From NCBI RefSeq assembly GCF_020745735.1, contig NC_083402.1, forward strand, positions 115,154,213 to 115,218,212: DNA of 64,000 bases. The letters run 5' to 3'. Every line of letters begins with the position of its first letter. The first letter of the stretch is position 1. Below are positions 61,936 through 64,000 of the stretch, piece after piece. A model generated the notes under the pieces. The model made no database searches. It saw nothing but the letters and a program-made list of their open reading frames with translations, and was not told the DNA's origin. Both the position numbers and the translations under genes were made by a program. Source of the stretch: Hemiscyllium ocellatum (lineage: Eukaryota).

Positions 61936-63019
61936 GACTTCCCAACAAGTCCTTTTAGAATTGATCTGAAACTTACAATCACCCAGGGCTAGTCATTATC
62001 ATTATTTGTTGGCCTGGATCTAGAGATAGCCAGTCTCTGAATTCCTCCCCCTCCTCCTCCTTCTCTCCCTCCCCCTCCTCCCTGCAGTAACCACAATCAG
62101 TATTGTTCTTATATGATGAACTGTATCAGAAATACATCTCCTGTCGTCATCCTGCCAAACCGTCTGGTGTTTAATACCCTTTTATTCTTTAGTTTAATCT
62201 TGTCCTAGGCAGAGTCAAATGGACATAATATTGCTTGCATAATAGAAACCAGTTTGAACTCTATCCCATGATGAGGTTTATGAATGCTTCATCCATGCTA
62301 CTCTTTATGATGATGTCTCTCCCATTCACTTATTTACACAATGACAGTTAACTTTCACCATTATTTGTGATAATGTCACTTCCAAAATTCTTATAAGCCA
62401 GAGCTTCCAACTGGTTCATACTTCTCCAAGGTTACAATCAACACCTGTCATACCTGAATAGCTAGTATTCATATTTTACAGTCCAAGATAATTTCTTGTG
62501 ATTTTACAGTTCTGGGAATGTCATATCCACTGTTTCACTCCCTTCCCTGTCATTCTACTAATGCTCATTTTTTTCTCAATTATTCCTTAGCTTACCTACA
62601 TTTGGTATGATATTTTAGGTCTTGTTGTGATGAAGAATATTTACAGTTTGCCGAGGTAATGTAAACATCAACTTTATGCAAGAAACACCTTTCTATGGTT
62701 TCATCTTGCCCAAGGCTGCATGACTGCAAGATCATATGTCATTCATCACTTCCTGTGATGATGAATCTTTCTCGTTAGCAATAGCAAACAGTCAAACTTT
62801 GATCCTTTATACTATAAATGTATTAATGTGTACTTTGTCCCCAATTAACATATAATGTCTTATCCTTCACATCATTTACTCTGATTAAACAGTAAAACTC
62901 TAGCTCACTCCATGGCCAATTCCTCTCTCCAAACTCCCCCTCTCCACCATAGCCAACTTGAAAAGCCTAAGGCATGATTCCTGCACCTTGGAACGGAACA
63001 TGCAATATAAGCTAACAAT

Positions 63020-63695
63020 GTCAGTGCTGTATCCAGTGAGTGCTTGTTAAATAAATGACCTTTCTGGTGAGGCACACAAAGCCATGTAGCTGTTTCCAGT
63101 GAAGACCCTGTAGCAGTATTTTGAAAGAAAACAGTTGAGTTAGCCAGTACCCTAGTAACACTCTGCCTTGACTATTAAAGCAGATTATATGGCCATTATC
63201 ATATCTTTGGTTGTGGGTGGGTGCTGTGTACAAATTGTCTGCTGTAACAATGATGATGCTTCAAAAGCGGGGCACTGGTATATGTGGTGGCATGGTGGCT
63301 CAGTGGTTAGCACTGCAGCCTCACAGCACCACGGACCCAGGTTTGATTCCTGCAAACTGTCTGTGTGCAGTTTGTGCATTCTCCCTGTGTCTGCATGGGT
63401 TTCCTCCAGGTGCTCTGGTTTCCTCCCACAGTCCAAAGATATGCAGATTAGATGATTTGGCCATGCTAAATTGCCCATAATGTTAGGTGTATTAGTCTGG
63501 GGAAATGTAGAGGAAATAAGGGAATGGGTCAGGGTGGGTTACTCTTCGGAGGGTCGGTGCGGACTTGCTGGGCTGAAGGGCATGCTTCCACACTGTTAGG
63601 AGTTCTAAGTTTGAAAAAAAAGTACTTCATTGGCCTTGAAACACTTTGATACATCTTGAGACCTTGAAAGGAACTGTTATATAAAAGCAGAATAA
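63020..63695 (+). mobile_element. DeuSINE split by an HE1 SINE
   Basis: CAGATTATATGGCCATTATCA...CAAATTGTCTGC...CTTCAAAAG resumes after 63613 as AAAAGTACTTCATTGGC...TGAAAGG...TATATAAA. Confidence 0.7.
63286..63610 (+). mobile_element. HE1-type SINE
   Basis: GGTGGCATGGTGGCTCAGTGGTTAGCACTG...CCACACTGTTAGG. Confidence 0.92.
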
Positions 63696-64000
63696 ACTTT
63701 TACTTAAATAAAAAAACACTCCTTTCTCAAACACAGGCTCTAATTCTTAGCTACGAAAGACTCCAATTTCACTAATTGGAAGGCTCTTTAAGACACAGGA
63801 TTATCATAGACTGAGATTATTTAATATGAATTTGATCATCTCGAGATACATTTAAACACAGTTCATTCACGAACCAAGGTGCATGGGATCACTTTAAAAC
63901 TTAGAGCTGTTATTGACCAGCAGACTTGCAACTCTGAATGCAAAAGAATACCTACTTTCAGTAATTTACTCTAAGCAGCATTTCTACATCACAGGACTAC

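Noticed and set aside
62100-62770. Possible decayed transposon or LTR sequence
   Set aside because: No motif, terminus or second copy I could verify.
1-64000. CRISPR array, operon or other prokaryotic system
   Set aside because: Sequence is vertebrate repeat-rich DNA; repeats are dispersed retroelements, not regularly spaced arrays.

Overview
This window is vertebrate genomic DNA, almost certainly from a shark or other elasmobranch (inferred from HE1-type V-SINEs, HER1-type CR1 LINEs and SacSINE1/DeuSINE-like copies). It is repeat-rich intergenic or intronic sequence. I found no recognisable host protein-coding gene, tRNA or rRNA. All long ORFs belong to decayed retroelements: CR1 LINEs (two carry ORF1), a 2.1-kb Penelope-like element (PLE) with RT and GIY-YIG domains, L2 and RTE fragments, at least three SINE families and a probable solo LTR. 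The most notable signal is about 20 short PLE-derived insertions from four sequence families (A-D). The family pseudo-LTRs carry a minimal hammerhead ribozyme (HHR) motif, CUGANGA-stem II-GAAA-palindromic stem III-NUH, which is intact, decayed or truncated depending on the copy. Several copies are built as a fold-back: an inverted tail-less arm, a sense arm and a ~35-nt tail, flanked by 11-18-bp target-site duplications (TSDs), with recurrent identical arm end points. Several AT-rich repeat-free blocks with homeodomain/Pbx-Hox/Meis-like motifs are candidate conserved enhancers. Repeat family names come from visual recognition, not a database search, and boundaries of old repeats are approximate.
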